Shown here: one piece after another, positions 22,862-30,814 of the stretch
How the letters are laid out: the number at the start of each line of letters is the position of its first letter
Position numbering within the stretch: the first letter of the stretch is position 1
DNA from: Candidatus Eiseniibacteriota bacterium
GTDB taxonomy: Bacteria; Eisenbacteria; RBG-16-71-46; JACRLI01
Assembly: GCA_016235265.1 (NCBI GenBank)
Contig: JACRLI010000022.1
Location: 9,257 to 73,256 of the forward strand
Direction of reading: 5' to 3'
Length of the DNA: 64,000 nt
Position numbers and translations under genes: made by a program
The notes under the pieces: generated by a model
Seen by the model: the letters and a program-made list of their open reading frames with translations, nothing else
What the model was told of the DNA's origin: nothing
The model's database searches: none

Positions 22862-23236
22862 ATGCATCGTCCACGGACTGCACTTCTTCTTGCAGTCGCC
22901 GTGGCGGCGGCGTGCCTTTCGTCCCCCCCCGCACAAGGGGCAGGGGTGTCCGGAATCGACGGACGCACCGGCTCCGGTCCCGGTCTGGGCCATCGCGGCT
23001 GGTCGCCGTATGGTGACTCCGATCAGTACACCACGAAGACCACGCCACCCCCGTCGCAGACAAACATCGTGGCCCCGGTCCAGCCGCAAGTCAGCCCGCC
23101 CGCAGTCGGAGGCGGCGGCGGCGGCAGCCGAAACGTCTCGTGCAATGGCAGCCACGCAGGCGTGCGCCCCGGTGTCCCGTTTTCCCAGCTGCTGAGGAAC
23201 TACCTTCGGGCGTTCTTAGGGATCACGGAGCAATAG
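22862..23236 (+). CDS. Small secreted low-complexity protein (124 aa), candidate signalling-peptide precursor
   Basis: GAAAGGAG RBS; Sec signal MHRPRTALLLAVAVAAACLSSPPAQG; Gly/Pro-rich body containing GWSPYGDSDQY; C-terminal amphipathic helix FSQLLRNYLRAFLG. Confidence 0.7.
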   Translation: MHRPRTALLLAVAVAAACLSSPPAQGAGVSGIDGRTGSGPGLGHRGWSPYGDSDQYTTKTTPPPSQTNIVAPVQPQVSPPAVGGGGGGSRNVSCNGSHAGVRPGVPFSQLLRNYLRAFLGITEQ

Positions 23237-23274
23237 CACGGCGTCCCCCAGAGTCTCGAACCGTCGGGATTGCT

Positions 23275-26200
23275 ATGGCCCCTCCTAGGGAATGGTTGGA
23301 AAATTCAGGCAGCGAAGCCCACGCGGACCCGGCTGATCGTGGACCGGCGAATCCGGAAGCCGTCGGGGACGTGAACTTCGCGGGCGCCCACTTCGGAAAC
23401 GCGGTCGGATACTACGCGCAGGCCCTCGAGGCTGCAGCGTCCGGCCCGGAGCCGGGTGAGCGTGTGCGCCTGTTGCTCAAAATCGCCGATTCACATCGCC
23501 TGCATGGCGCGCACTCGCTCGCCCTGGAGGCACTCGCGCGTGCGCTCGGGGAGCTCGAGGGCCTTCCGGAAGGCCCCGATCTGGGCCGGGTGCTCGCGCG
23601 GCAGGCGAACGTGCTCAACTACTGCGGTCGCTACCCGGAGGCCATGGAAGCCGGCCTCCGAGCCTACCAGTTGCTGCGGGACTCCAGCGAGAACCAGGAG
23701 ATCGGCAACCTCGAGCTGGCGCTCGGCGTCAGCCTGGCGCGGCGCGGGGATTTCGGCGGAGCCCGGGACTACTTCGAGCGCGCGCTCGGCACCTTCCGCC
23801 GCATCGAGAACGAGGAGGGCGAGGCGCTCGCCTACAACAACCTCGGCCTGGTGGCCAAGAACTCCGGCGATCTCGAAGGCGCCCTTCGACACCTCGAGCG
23901 CGCGCTGCGCGTGAACGAGCGCCTGGGCAACTACGCCCGGGTGACCACCCACTGCCTCAACCTCGGCATCGTGCGGTTCAAGCTCGGCGAGTGGGACATC
24001 GCGCGCGAGTACCTGCAGCGCTGCCTGGGCATGGCCCGTGACACCGACGACTCCCTGGCCCGCGTGTCGGCCCTGAACTCGCTGGCCTGCCTCCACCGGC
24101 GCCGGCGCGACTTCACCGCGGCAGAGGAGGCCCTGGACGAGGCCCTGAGGCTTTCCGCGGTGCGGGGCCACCTCCGCGAGCAGGCGCTGGCCCAGGAATT
24201 CCTGGGCGACCTGATGCTCGAGATGAACCGGCTGGAGGACGCCGACCGGCTGTACGCCGAGGGTCTCGCGGCCGTGGAGAAGCTGGCCCCCGAGGGTGAC
24301 GTGGCCCTGGAACTGCTGCGCCGGCAGGGCGACCTGCGGCTGCGCCAGGGCCGGCTCGCGGAGGCCGAGGCGTGCGGCCGCCGCGCGCTGGAGCTGGCCC
24401 GCCGCCAGCACGACCGGCTCGAGGAGGCGACCTGCTGGCGCCTGCTGGCCCTGGTCGCCGGCGCCCACGACGACGTCGCCAACTACACCGCGCTCATGGA
24501 CCAGGCCATCCGGCAGCTCTCCGACGTGGGCGAGCGCTTCGAGCTGGCTGCGACGCTGCTCGCGGCGGGTTCGCTGGAGCGCCGGCTCTTCGAGAAGGAG
24601 CGCCAGGAGAACCTCGCCGAGCGCGCGTCGCGCCACCTGCGCCGTTCCAGCACCTTGTTCGTGTCCTTCGACTGTGAGTACTACCTGGCCCACGTGACCA
24701 TGGAGCTGGCGCGGCTGGACCTGGCGCAGGGCAGGCTGGACCAGGCCCTCGCCGAGCTGGACGAGAGCCTGACCTACGCCGGGCCGTTCCGCTCCTCGCT
24801 CGAGCCCGCCGCCGCGGAGTTGCGCGCGCGACTTCAAGATGGCTTTGTCCGCGGCTCCGCCTCCCCGGCCAATGACTTCCGCCTGCTGGAGGAAGTGAGC
24901 CGGATGTTCCGAGAGTCGCCCTCCAGCGACTGGAGCACCGGCCTGGTGGAGTTGCTGGCGAAGCGGCTGCCGGCGGACGCGGTGTTCCTGGCGGAGGCCG
25001 ATGGAACCGACTGGGTGGTGCGCGCGCGGCATGGAGTGGACGGCCAGTCGGCGCTGTCGCTGGCCGCGGCTTTCGGCGCCCCGGCGGCGCCGGGCCGCCC
25101 GGTGTTTTCCACGCGGCCGTCGTCCGACCCGCTGCTCCCGGAGGCGGTCTCCACGCTGCTGGCCCCGATGGGCTCCGTGGCGGCGCTGCCCTTCGGGGTC
25201 GCCGACCACGTGCGCGGTCTGTTGTTTGTGGGCCGCACGCTGCGGGGCCCGGTGGGCCCGCTGCGCCAGCGTGAGCTGGACCTGCTGGTCGCGCTCACCA
25301 ACCTGGCGGCCGCCGGCGCGGTGGAAGCGCGCCGCCAGCGGCTGTGGGAGGAGAACAAGAACCTCCGGGCGCAGCTCCAGGTGGCCACCGCCGACGGCAT
25401 TGTGACCCAGAACCCGCAGATGCTCGATATCCTGGCGCTGGTGGACAAGGTCTGCGACGCCACCGCCAGCGTGCTGGTGCAGGGAGAGACGGGGACCGGC
25501 AAGGGGCTGGTCGCCCGCGCCATCCACCAGCGCGGCGTGCGCCGCGACCGGCCCTTCGTGCCCATCAACTGCGCCGCGCTGCCCGAACCGCTGCTGGAGA
25601 GCGAGCTCTTCGGGCACGTCACGGGCGCGTTCACCGGCGCGCACCGCGACAAGCTGGGGTTGTTCGAGGAGGGCGAGGGCGGGACCGTGTTCCTGGACGA
25701 GGTGGACCGGCTCTCCGAGGCGGTCCAGGGCAAGCTCCTGCACGTGCTCGACCGGGGCGAGATCCGCGCCGTGGGCGCCAACCGCTGGAAGAAGGTGAAC
25801 GTCCGCGTGATCTGCGCCACCAACGCGGACCTGAAGCAGCGGATCTCCGAGGGGCGGTTCCTCGAGGACCTGTACTACCGCCTGAATGACATCCTGATCC
25901 AGGTCCCGCCCCTGCGCGACCGACGCGAGGACATCCCGCTGCTGGCGGACTTCTTCCGCCGCCAGTTCGCCGGCCAGTTCAGCAAGGAGATCGGCGAGTT
26001 CACCCTGGAGGTCCGCCAGCACTTCCTGCGTCACCAGTGGCGCGGCAACGTGCGCGAGATGGAGAAGGTGGTCAAGCGCATGGTGGTGCTGGCAGACGCC
26101 GGCTCGGATCTGGGCGCGGACCTGCTGCCGGAGGAGTTCTTCGAGGAGCGCCCGGTCATCAACGGCGTCCGGGGCAAGCTCTGGGCGCAGGTGGCCGACA

Positions 26201-26355
26201 CCGAACGGCGCGTGATTGCCCAGGCCCTCGAGGAGTGCGCATGGAACAAGAGCCAGACCGCGCGTGAACTTGGCATTTCCTACCCCGCACTGCTTCAGAA
26301 GGTGAAACTCTTCTCGCTCGACCGGCGCAGCAGGGGCAAGAGTCTTCACAAATAG
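23275..26355 (+). CDS. TPR-repeat / GAF / AAA+ sigma-54-dependent transcriptional activator
   Basis: About 500 aa of TPR-like repeats (e.g. ALAYNNLGLVAKNSGDLEGALRHLERAL); GAF-like segment; GETGTGKG, ESELFGHVTGAFTGA, FLDEVD, WRGNVRE; Fis-type HTH; no receiver domain. Confidence 0.92.
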   Translation: MAPPREWLENSGSEAHADPADRGPANPEAVGDVNFAGAHFGNAVGYYAQALEAAASGPEPGERVRLLLKIADSHRLHGAHSLALEALARALGELEGLPEGPDLGRVLARQANVLNYCGRYPEAMEAGLRAYQLLRDSSENQEIGNLELALGVSLARRGDFGGARDYFERALGTFRRIENEEGEALAYNNLGLVAKNSGDLEGALRHLERALRVNERLGNYARVTTHCLNLGIVRFKLGEWDIAREYLQRCLGMARDTDDSLARVSALNSLACLHRRRRDFTAAEEALDEALRLSAVRGHLREQALAQEFLGDLMLEMNRLEDADRLYAEGLAAVEKLAPEGDVALELLRRQGDLRLRQGRLAEAEACGRRALELARRQHDRLEEATCWRLLALVAGAHDDVANYTALMDQAIRQLSDVGERFELAATLLAAGSLERRLFEKERQENLAERASRHLRRSSTLFVSFDCEYYLAHVTMELARLDLAQGRLDQALAELDESLTYAGPFRSSLEPAAAELRARLQDGFVRGSASPANDFRLLEEVSRMFRESPSSDWSTGLVELLAKRLPADAVFLAEADGTDWVVRARHGVDGQSALSLAAAFGAPAAPGRPVFSTRPSSDPLLPEAVSTLLAPMGSVAALPFGVADHVRGLLFVGRTLRGPVGPLRQRELDLLVALTNLAAAGAVEARRQRLWEENKNLRAQLQVATADGIVTQNPQMLDILALVDKVCDATASVLVQGETGTGKGLVARAIHQRGVRRDRPFVPINCAALPEPLLESELFGHVTGAFTGAHRDKLGLFEEGEGGTVFLDEVDRLSEAVQGKLLHVLDRGEIRAVGANRWKKVNVRVICATNADLKQRISEGRFLEDLYYRLNDILIQVPPLRDRREDIPLLADFFRRQFAGQFSKEIGEFTLEVRQHFLRHQWRGNVREMEKVVKRMVVLADAGSDLGADLLPEEFFEERPVINGVRGKLWAQVADTERRVIAQALEECAWNKSQTARELGISYPALLQKVKLFSLDRRSRGKSLHK

Positions 26356-26560
26356 CTGGAAACGTTCTTTCTAATCCCACCTTGTTGTCCCGCAATCACT
26401 TGAATCCCATCCCGATCCAAATTGTGAATTTCATTTCCAGGAATGACCCCCGGGCGATCCCGACCCGGTTGCCCGGGTGATTCGATGCGTGTCATCCAAC
26501 ATATTGCAGGACAACACGTTCTGCACGAATCCCAAGCGTGCTTCGCGCCGCAATGTGATA

Positions 26561-26575
26561 TGGCACGGGCATTGC
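26561..26575 (+). promoter_or_regulatory. Sigma-54 (-24/-12) promoter
   Basis: TGGCAC-GGGCA-TTGC, an exact match to TGGCAC-N5-TTGC; AT-rich upstream region with IHF-like CAA-N4-TT elements near 26497-26520. Confidence 0.85.
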
Positions 26576-26586
26576 GATAGCAGGTA

Positions 26587-27085
26587 GTCGGAGGGGGGGG
26601 ACCTCCAAGACAAGTCCACCTGGGCCGGTCGGCCGTCGGGGCCGCCAAAAAAGGCAATAGCCCGGTCCACGAGACGCACCAGGTAGCTCCGCACCGACCT
26701 GCCCGGGAGACTTGTTCCAGACCCAGTTCTTTGAGATGCCATTCACCATTGTGCGCGCGAAGACTCCGGAAGTCCTGCCCGGGCTCCCCGGAGCGCGCGG
26801 TCCGGTGAGCCGCTTCAGAGATTCAGGGGGTCCCGGCTCACCTGCGATCGGGTACCTCGGAGGCACACGAGAGACCCGGCAGCCGCCTCGGAGCGCGCAC
26901 CTTAATGGGACGTGCCGGCCACGGAGAGGGCCGGGGCGTTACAGATCTCGAAGATGGGGTGTCAGTGACCTCGGCGCGCGACCACCGAAACGGATATGTT
27001 CCGGGCGGCGCCCTGGTGGATGTGGAGACTGATACCTCGTCTCTTGGGCCGCGACTCCGCAAACGGGGTCGCGGCCCGCTTCATC
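26587..27085 (+). ncRNA. Putative large structured non-coding RNA (~490 nt), family not recognised
   Basis: Begins at the predicted sigma-54 +1; many nested helices (see findings); ends at a 14-bp hairpin (27046-27077); no ORF with an RBS or recognisable protein features. Confidence 0.55.
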
Positions 27086-27086
27086 T
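27046..27086 (+). terminator. Strong hairpin, probable terminator or 3' end of the sigma-54 transcript
   Basis: GGGCCGCGACTCCG-CAAA-CGGGGTCGCGGCCC followed by GCTTCATCT (weak U-tract). Confidence 0.55.
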
Positions 27087-27321
27087 CCGGGCGGGACATC
27101 GGGGGCTCGTGGCCACGGGCCTGGACCGGAGTCCCGGGCCCGTGCGCTGACCTCAAGACTCGCCGCCTCCGACCTGTCGCATTCCCGTCACACCCGGGAG
27201 CCGGGGCGTCACACACATGGTGACCCGTGCCGCTTCGCAGGCCGCCCGGCCAGCGCCCGCCACGCCGCGATCCACTTGCTTTTTCATCGGTTACGGCAGA
27301 CCCTCCGCACTGGGGCGCCGC

Positions 27322-27336
27322 TGGCACGCGCCGTGC
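27322..27336 (+). promoter_or_regulatory. Second sigma-54 promoter, upstream of the lipoprotein gene
   Basis: TGGCAC-GCGCC-GTGC (GG-N10-GC spacing intact), 32 nt before the ATG at 27369. Confidence 0.7.
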
Positions 27337-27368
27337 GATACATCCGGGTGGGAGAAGGGAGGGAACAC

Positions 27369-28190
27369 ATGAAGAACGCCATACTGCTTCCCGCACTGCT
27401 GATCGCCGGTCTTGCCGTCGCCGGGTGCGACGAGCGTCACTGGGTGGCTCCGGCCGCGCCGCGGGGTGTGTACTCGGTGACCGGGGACGGCAAGGTCTCG
27501 GTCTACTGGCAGGCGAACACCGAGAAGGACGTCCGCGGCTACAACGTGTACTGGGCCCCCGGCAGCAGCAAGGGCACGGGCCCGTACAAGAAGCTGGGAT
27601 TCACCTCGCACACCCAGTGGATGGACACCGACGTTTCGAACGGCGTCACCTATTACTACGCGGTGACGGCAGTCAACGACGGCGGGATGGAGAGCGAGCT
27701 CTCGGCCGCGAACGTCCATGACACGCCGCGTCCGGCGGGCGCCAACCTGCCGTTGTACAACGCGTGGTACGACGAAACGCGCGGCGGGGACTACAGCTCC
27801 AAGAGCGGGCTGCGATTCGACACCCAGCCGCAGTTGCTCAGCTGGCGCAACCTGAAATGCGACGTGTACTACTACGGTGCGCCCGGCAACCCGTACCTGT
27901 ACGCCGGCGACGTGGACACCCAGATCCAGGACATGGGCCCGGCGGCCTCGCTCGCGGACATCGACTTCGCGCCGCTCGACGGCTGGTCCGCCACCGGCAA
28001 GGTCACGGTGACCCGGGGGCACGCCTACGTGGTGTGGACGCGCGACAACCACTATGCAATGGTGATCGTCAAGGACCTGACGGACGATCGGGTGCTCATG
28101 GACTGGGCTTTCCAGGTGGACCAGGGGAACCGGGAGCTGAAGCCGGTCTCCCCCCGCGCGGGCGACCGCGCCGCCACCTCGGTGAAGTGA
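27369..28190 (+). CDS. Lipoprotein with a fibronectin type III-like domain
   Basis: Lipobox LAVAG-C; APAAPRGV...GDGKVSVYW...GYNVY...NGVTYYYAVTAV...ESELS FN3 pattern. Confidence 0.85.
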   Translation: MKNAILLPALLIAGLAVAGCDERHWVAPAAPRGVYSVTGDGKVSVYWQANTEKDVRGYNVYWAPGSSKGTGPYKKLGFTSHTQWMDTDVSNGVTYYYAVTAVNDGGMESELSAANVHDTPRPAGANLPLYNAWYDETRGGDYSSKSGLRFDTQPQLLSWRNLKCDVYYYGAPGNPYLYAGDVDTQIQDMGPAASLADIDFAPLDGWSATGKVTVTRGHAYVVWTRDNHYAMVIVKDLTDDRVLMDWAFQVDQGNRELKPVSPRAGDRAATSVK

Positions 28191-28200
28191 GGAGAACGCC

Positions 28201-29742
28201 ATGAAACTGCGGACCCTGGGGCTTCTGCTGGCGCTGGCCGGGATGGCCCCGGCCGCGGCCGGGGCGGTGAGTGTGAAGGCGGCCGCTCCGCGACCCGCGC
28301 ACATCGAGACGGCCGCCGCGCGCCTGGTGGTGGACGTGTGGACCGACCGGGGCGAGGGTGCGGTGTACCGGGTGGGGGACGCCATCCGGGTGCACTTCCG
28401 GGCCTCGCGTGACTGCTACGTGGTGATCTACAACGTGGACACCGAGGGCCGTGCCCACCTGCTGTTCCCATACCGGCGCTTCGACCCGCACTGGGTCGAG
28501 GGCGGGCGAGACTACGTGCTGCCGGCACCTCGCTCCACCTACGAGCTCACGGTGCAGGGACCGGCGGGGGTGGAGTACGTCCAGGCGCTGGCGAGCCTCG
28601 AGCCGTTCCAGCAGCTACCCGACTACCTCGATCCCGAGTACGACCCGGGCGATTACGACCTGGACCGGACCGACTGGCGCAACGGGGGCCAGCTGGCGGG
28701 CGACCCGTTCGTGGGGATGGAGCGGATCAACCGCGCCATCCTGCCCTACGACTGCGACGAGGACGACTGCTACTCGGCCGCGTACACCAGCTACTACGTC
28801 GAGAGGAAGGTGTCGTATCCGCGCTACGTGTGCGCCGACTGCCACGGGCCGTATGCCGCCTACAGCTACGACCCGTACGGCATGCAATGCTCGGTGTTCG
28901 AGATCCGGGTGGACTACGACTGGCGCTGGCGCAACCACTGGCCGTTCTACGGCGCGCCCTACTGGTACTACTTCCGGCGCAACGACTGTCCGCCGCGCTA
29001 CTTCACGTACAAGCCGCGCTGGTCCAGCGAGGATGGTTGGGTCCACTTCCGCGACAGCTTCGGCGAGCGCGTGCTGTGGAAGAAGAACCCCGGGCCGGAC
29101 CCCAAGGCCGGAAATTCCCCGCCGCGCTGGGACGGGCGCAAGGACTCGCCTCCGCCCTCGGCGCTGCCCGGCATGGGGGACCGCCGGCGCACCGTCCGCA
29201 CCCAGCCGGTGAAGGAGAACATCCGCGAAGTCGCGCCCGGCAGCGAGCCCGTCCGGTTCCGCTCGCGCAGTCGCGACCTGGCCCCGCCCGACGCGCCCCG
29301 GGTGGAGAAGCGCCGCGTGCCGCCGGATGAGGCCCCGCCGATCGTGAACCGGCGCTCCAACCCGCCCGAGGGGCAGGAGCCGCCGCGCGGCATCGAGGGA
29401 CGCCGTGGCGAGGCCCGGGACCCGGCCCGCGATCCGGCCCGCCAGGAGACCCGCGAGCCGCGCAAGGACACCGAGGCCCGCCGCGACCCGCCTCCGCCGC
29501 GCCGCGAGGAGCCTGCCCCCCAGCCGCGCCAGGAGCAGGCCCCGCCGCCACCGCGCCGCGAGGAGCCGGCCCCCCGGCCGCACCGGGAGGAGGCCGCACC
29601 GCAGCCGCGGCGCGAGGAGGCGGCACCACAGCCGCGGCGCGAGGAAGCCGCGCCCCAGCCGCGCCGGGAGGAGACCGCGCCCCGCAGGGAGGCCGCGGCT
29701 CCCGAATCCCGCCGGAACGACGAGCCCCCCCGCCGCCGGTAG
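28201..29742 (+). CDS. Secreted DUF4384-domain protein with Cys/aromatic middle region and repetitive C-terminal tail
   Basis: Signal peptide; VDVWTDRG...YRVGDAIRVHFRASRDCYVVIYNVDTEG...LLFP (DUF4384-like); CADCH motif; PRREE repeats. Confidence 0.8.
   Translation: MKLRTLGLLLALAGMAPAAAGAVSVKAAAPRPAHIETAAARLVVDVWTDRGEGAVYRVGDAIRVHFRASRDCYVVIYNVDTEGRAHLLFPYRRFDPHWVEGGRDYVLPAPRSTYELTVQGPAGVEYVQALASLEPFQQLPDYLDPEYDPGDYDLDRTDWRNGGQLAGDPFVGMERINRAILPYDCDEDDCYSAAYTSYYVERKVSYPRYVCADCHGPYAAYSYDPYGMQCSVFEIRVDYDWRWRNHWPFYGAPYWYYFRRNDCPPRYFTYKPRWSSEDGWVHFRDSFGERVLWKKNPGPDPKAGNSPPRWDGRKDSPPPSALPGMGDRRRTVRTQPVKENIREVAPGSEPVRFRSRSRDLAPPDAPRVEKRRVPPDEAPPIVNRRSNPPEGQEPPRGIEGRRGEARDPARDPARQETREPRKDTEARRDPPPPRREEPAPQPRQEQAPPPPRREEPAPRPHREEAAPQPRREEAAPQPRREEAAPQPRREETAPRREAAAPESRRNDEPPRRR
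29497..29703 (+). repeat. Degenerate 27-nt in-frame tandem repeat encoding PRREE(A/P)APQ
   Basis: About 7-8 units, e.g. CCGCGGCGCGAGGAGGCGGCACCACAG. Confidence 0.8.
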
Positions 29743-29787
29743 CCCGCAGGCGGATACGACAAACCTATATCACGTAAGTGCCTACGA

Positions 29788-29826
29788 CGCGCCGCCCGGG
29801 CTCCCTGACCGGGCGGCGCGCCGCTT
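29788..29826 (+). terminator. Hairpin, possible terminator after the DUF4384 gene
   Basis: CGCGCCGCCCGG/CCGGGCGGCGCG 12-bp stem followed by CCGCTTT. Confidence 0.5.
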
Positions 29827-29840
29827 TGGGAAGACCTGAC

Positions 29841-29869
29841 TTGACCCGCGCAGGGGAATCCTTTACGGT
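29841..29869 (+). promoter_or_regulatory. sigma-70 promoter of the MerR-suf operon
   Basis: TTGACC, 17-bp spacer, TACGGT. Confidence 0.55.
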
Positions 29870-29903
29870 GAAATCAAATCTAACCCATACGTGAGAGTGC
29901 GAG

Positions 29904-30497
29904 ATGGAAAACCCGATGCGGGAGCCCATGGAACTGCTGAAGATCGGTGACCTCGCCCGGCGCTCGGGCAAGAGCGTGCGCGCGCTGCACCTGTACGAGG
30001 AGCTGGACCTGCTCCGACCGGTCACGCGCACCACGGGGGGTTTCCGCCTGTTCGACGAGGAGGCGCTCCGGCGCATCCACTGGATCGGGCTGCTCCAGGA
30101 AATGGGGCTCTCGCTGCAGCAGATCCGGGAGTTGCTCCAGAACTGGTGGAGCCACGAGCTGGGGCCCGCCGCCATGCGGCGGGTCCGCGAGGTCTTCGAG
30201 TCCCGCCTGGAGGACGCCCGCCGCCAGGCGCGCCGGTACCAGTCGCTGGCGCGCGAGCTGGAGAGCTCCATCCGCTACATCGAGACCTGCAGCAGCTCGT
30301 GCTCCCCGTTTTCGGACGTGGCCACGTGTACCCGGTGTCCGCATGACCACGGAATGACCGAGGAGCCGGCGCTGGTCGCCGGCCTCCACATGCTCAACCC
30401 CCACGGGCGCGCCCGCGCCGGGGAGCTCGTCCAGATCGAGGCGAGCCCCGCAGCCGGCGCGCCCTCGTCTTCATCGCCGGAGGGCGCCGCCGAATGA
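29904..30497 (+). CDS. MerR family transcriptional regulator with a Cys-rich C-terminus
   Basis: LKIGDLARRSGKSVRALHLYEELDLL.P..RTTGGFRLF HTH; C-terminal CSSSC...CTRC. Confidence 0.9.
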   Translation: MENPMREPMELLKIGDLARRSGKSVRALHLYEELDLLRPVTRTTGGFRLFDEEALRRIHWIGLLQEMGLSLQQIRELLQNWWSHELGPAAMRRVREVFESRLEDARRQARRYQSLARELESSIRYIETCSSSCSPFSDVATCTRCPHDHGMTEEPALVAGLHMLNPHGRARAGELVQIEASPAAGAPSSSSPEGAAE

Positions 30498-30814
30498 TCA
30501 CGCTGACCCCCGCCGCCGTTGTGCGGCTCAAGGAAGTCATGGCCCGCGAAAAGCGCGAGGCCGTGGGCCTGCGCATCGCCGTTCAGGGTGGCGGCTGCTC
30601 GGGCATGAGCTATGTCATGGAATTCGGTGCGGAGAAGCCGGGCGACGAGACATTCGAGTTCGGGGGCGTCCGGGTGCACGTGGACCTGAAGAGCTATCTG
30701 TACCTGAACGGCACCGAGCTGGACTACGTGGAGGGACTGATGGGCGCCGGGTTCAAGTTCAACAACCCGAACGTGAAGCGCAGCTGCTCGTGCGGCGAGA
30801 GCTTCACGGTATGA
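30494..30814 (+). CDS. iscA: A-type Fe-S carrier (IscA/SufA/HesB family)
   Basis: ITLTPAA, GLRIAVQGGGCSGMSY, GFKFNNPNVKRSCSCGESF. Confidence 0.93.
   Translation: MITLTPAAVVRLKEVMAREKREAVGLRIAVQGGGCSGMSYVMEFGAEKPGDETFEFGGVRVHVDLKSYLYLNGTELDYVEGLMGAGFKFNNPNVKRSCSCGESFTV

Noticed and set aside
26645..26695. AAGGCAA...GACGCA...GGTAGC resembling fragments of a c-di-GMP-I riboswitch
   Set aside because: No GNRA-capped P2 stem or tetraloop receptor, and the spacing is too short
26587..27085. CsrB/RsmZ-type GGA-sponge, RNase P or tmRNA identity for the candidate RNA
   Set aside because: About a dozen GGA in ~500 nt is near chance for this GC content and only one is clearly loop-displayed; the RNase P GAGGAAAGUCC and tmRNA tRNA-like ends are absent
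26712..27223. Small ORFs 26712-27032, 26905-27150 and 26996-27223
   Set aside because: No clear RBS, atypical codon usage and no recognisable motifs; two of them cross the terminal hairpin
29497..29703. Tandem repeats as a possible CRISPR array
   Set aside because: Degenerate in-frame 27-nt coding repeats with no unique spacers and no cas genes
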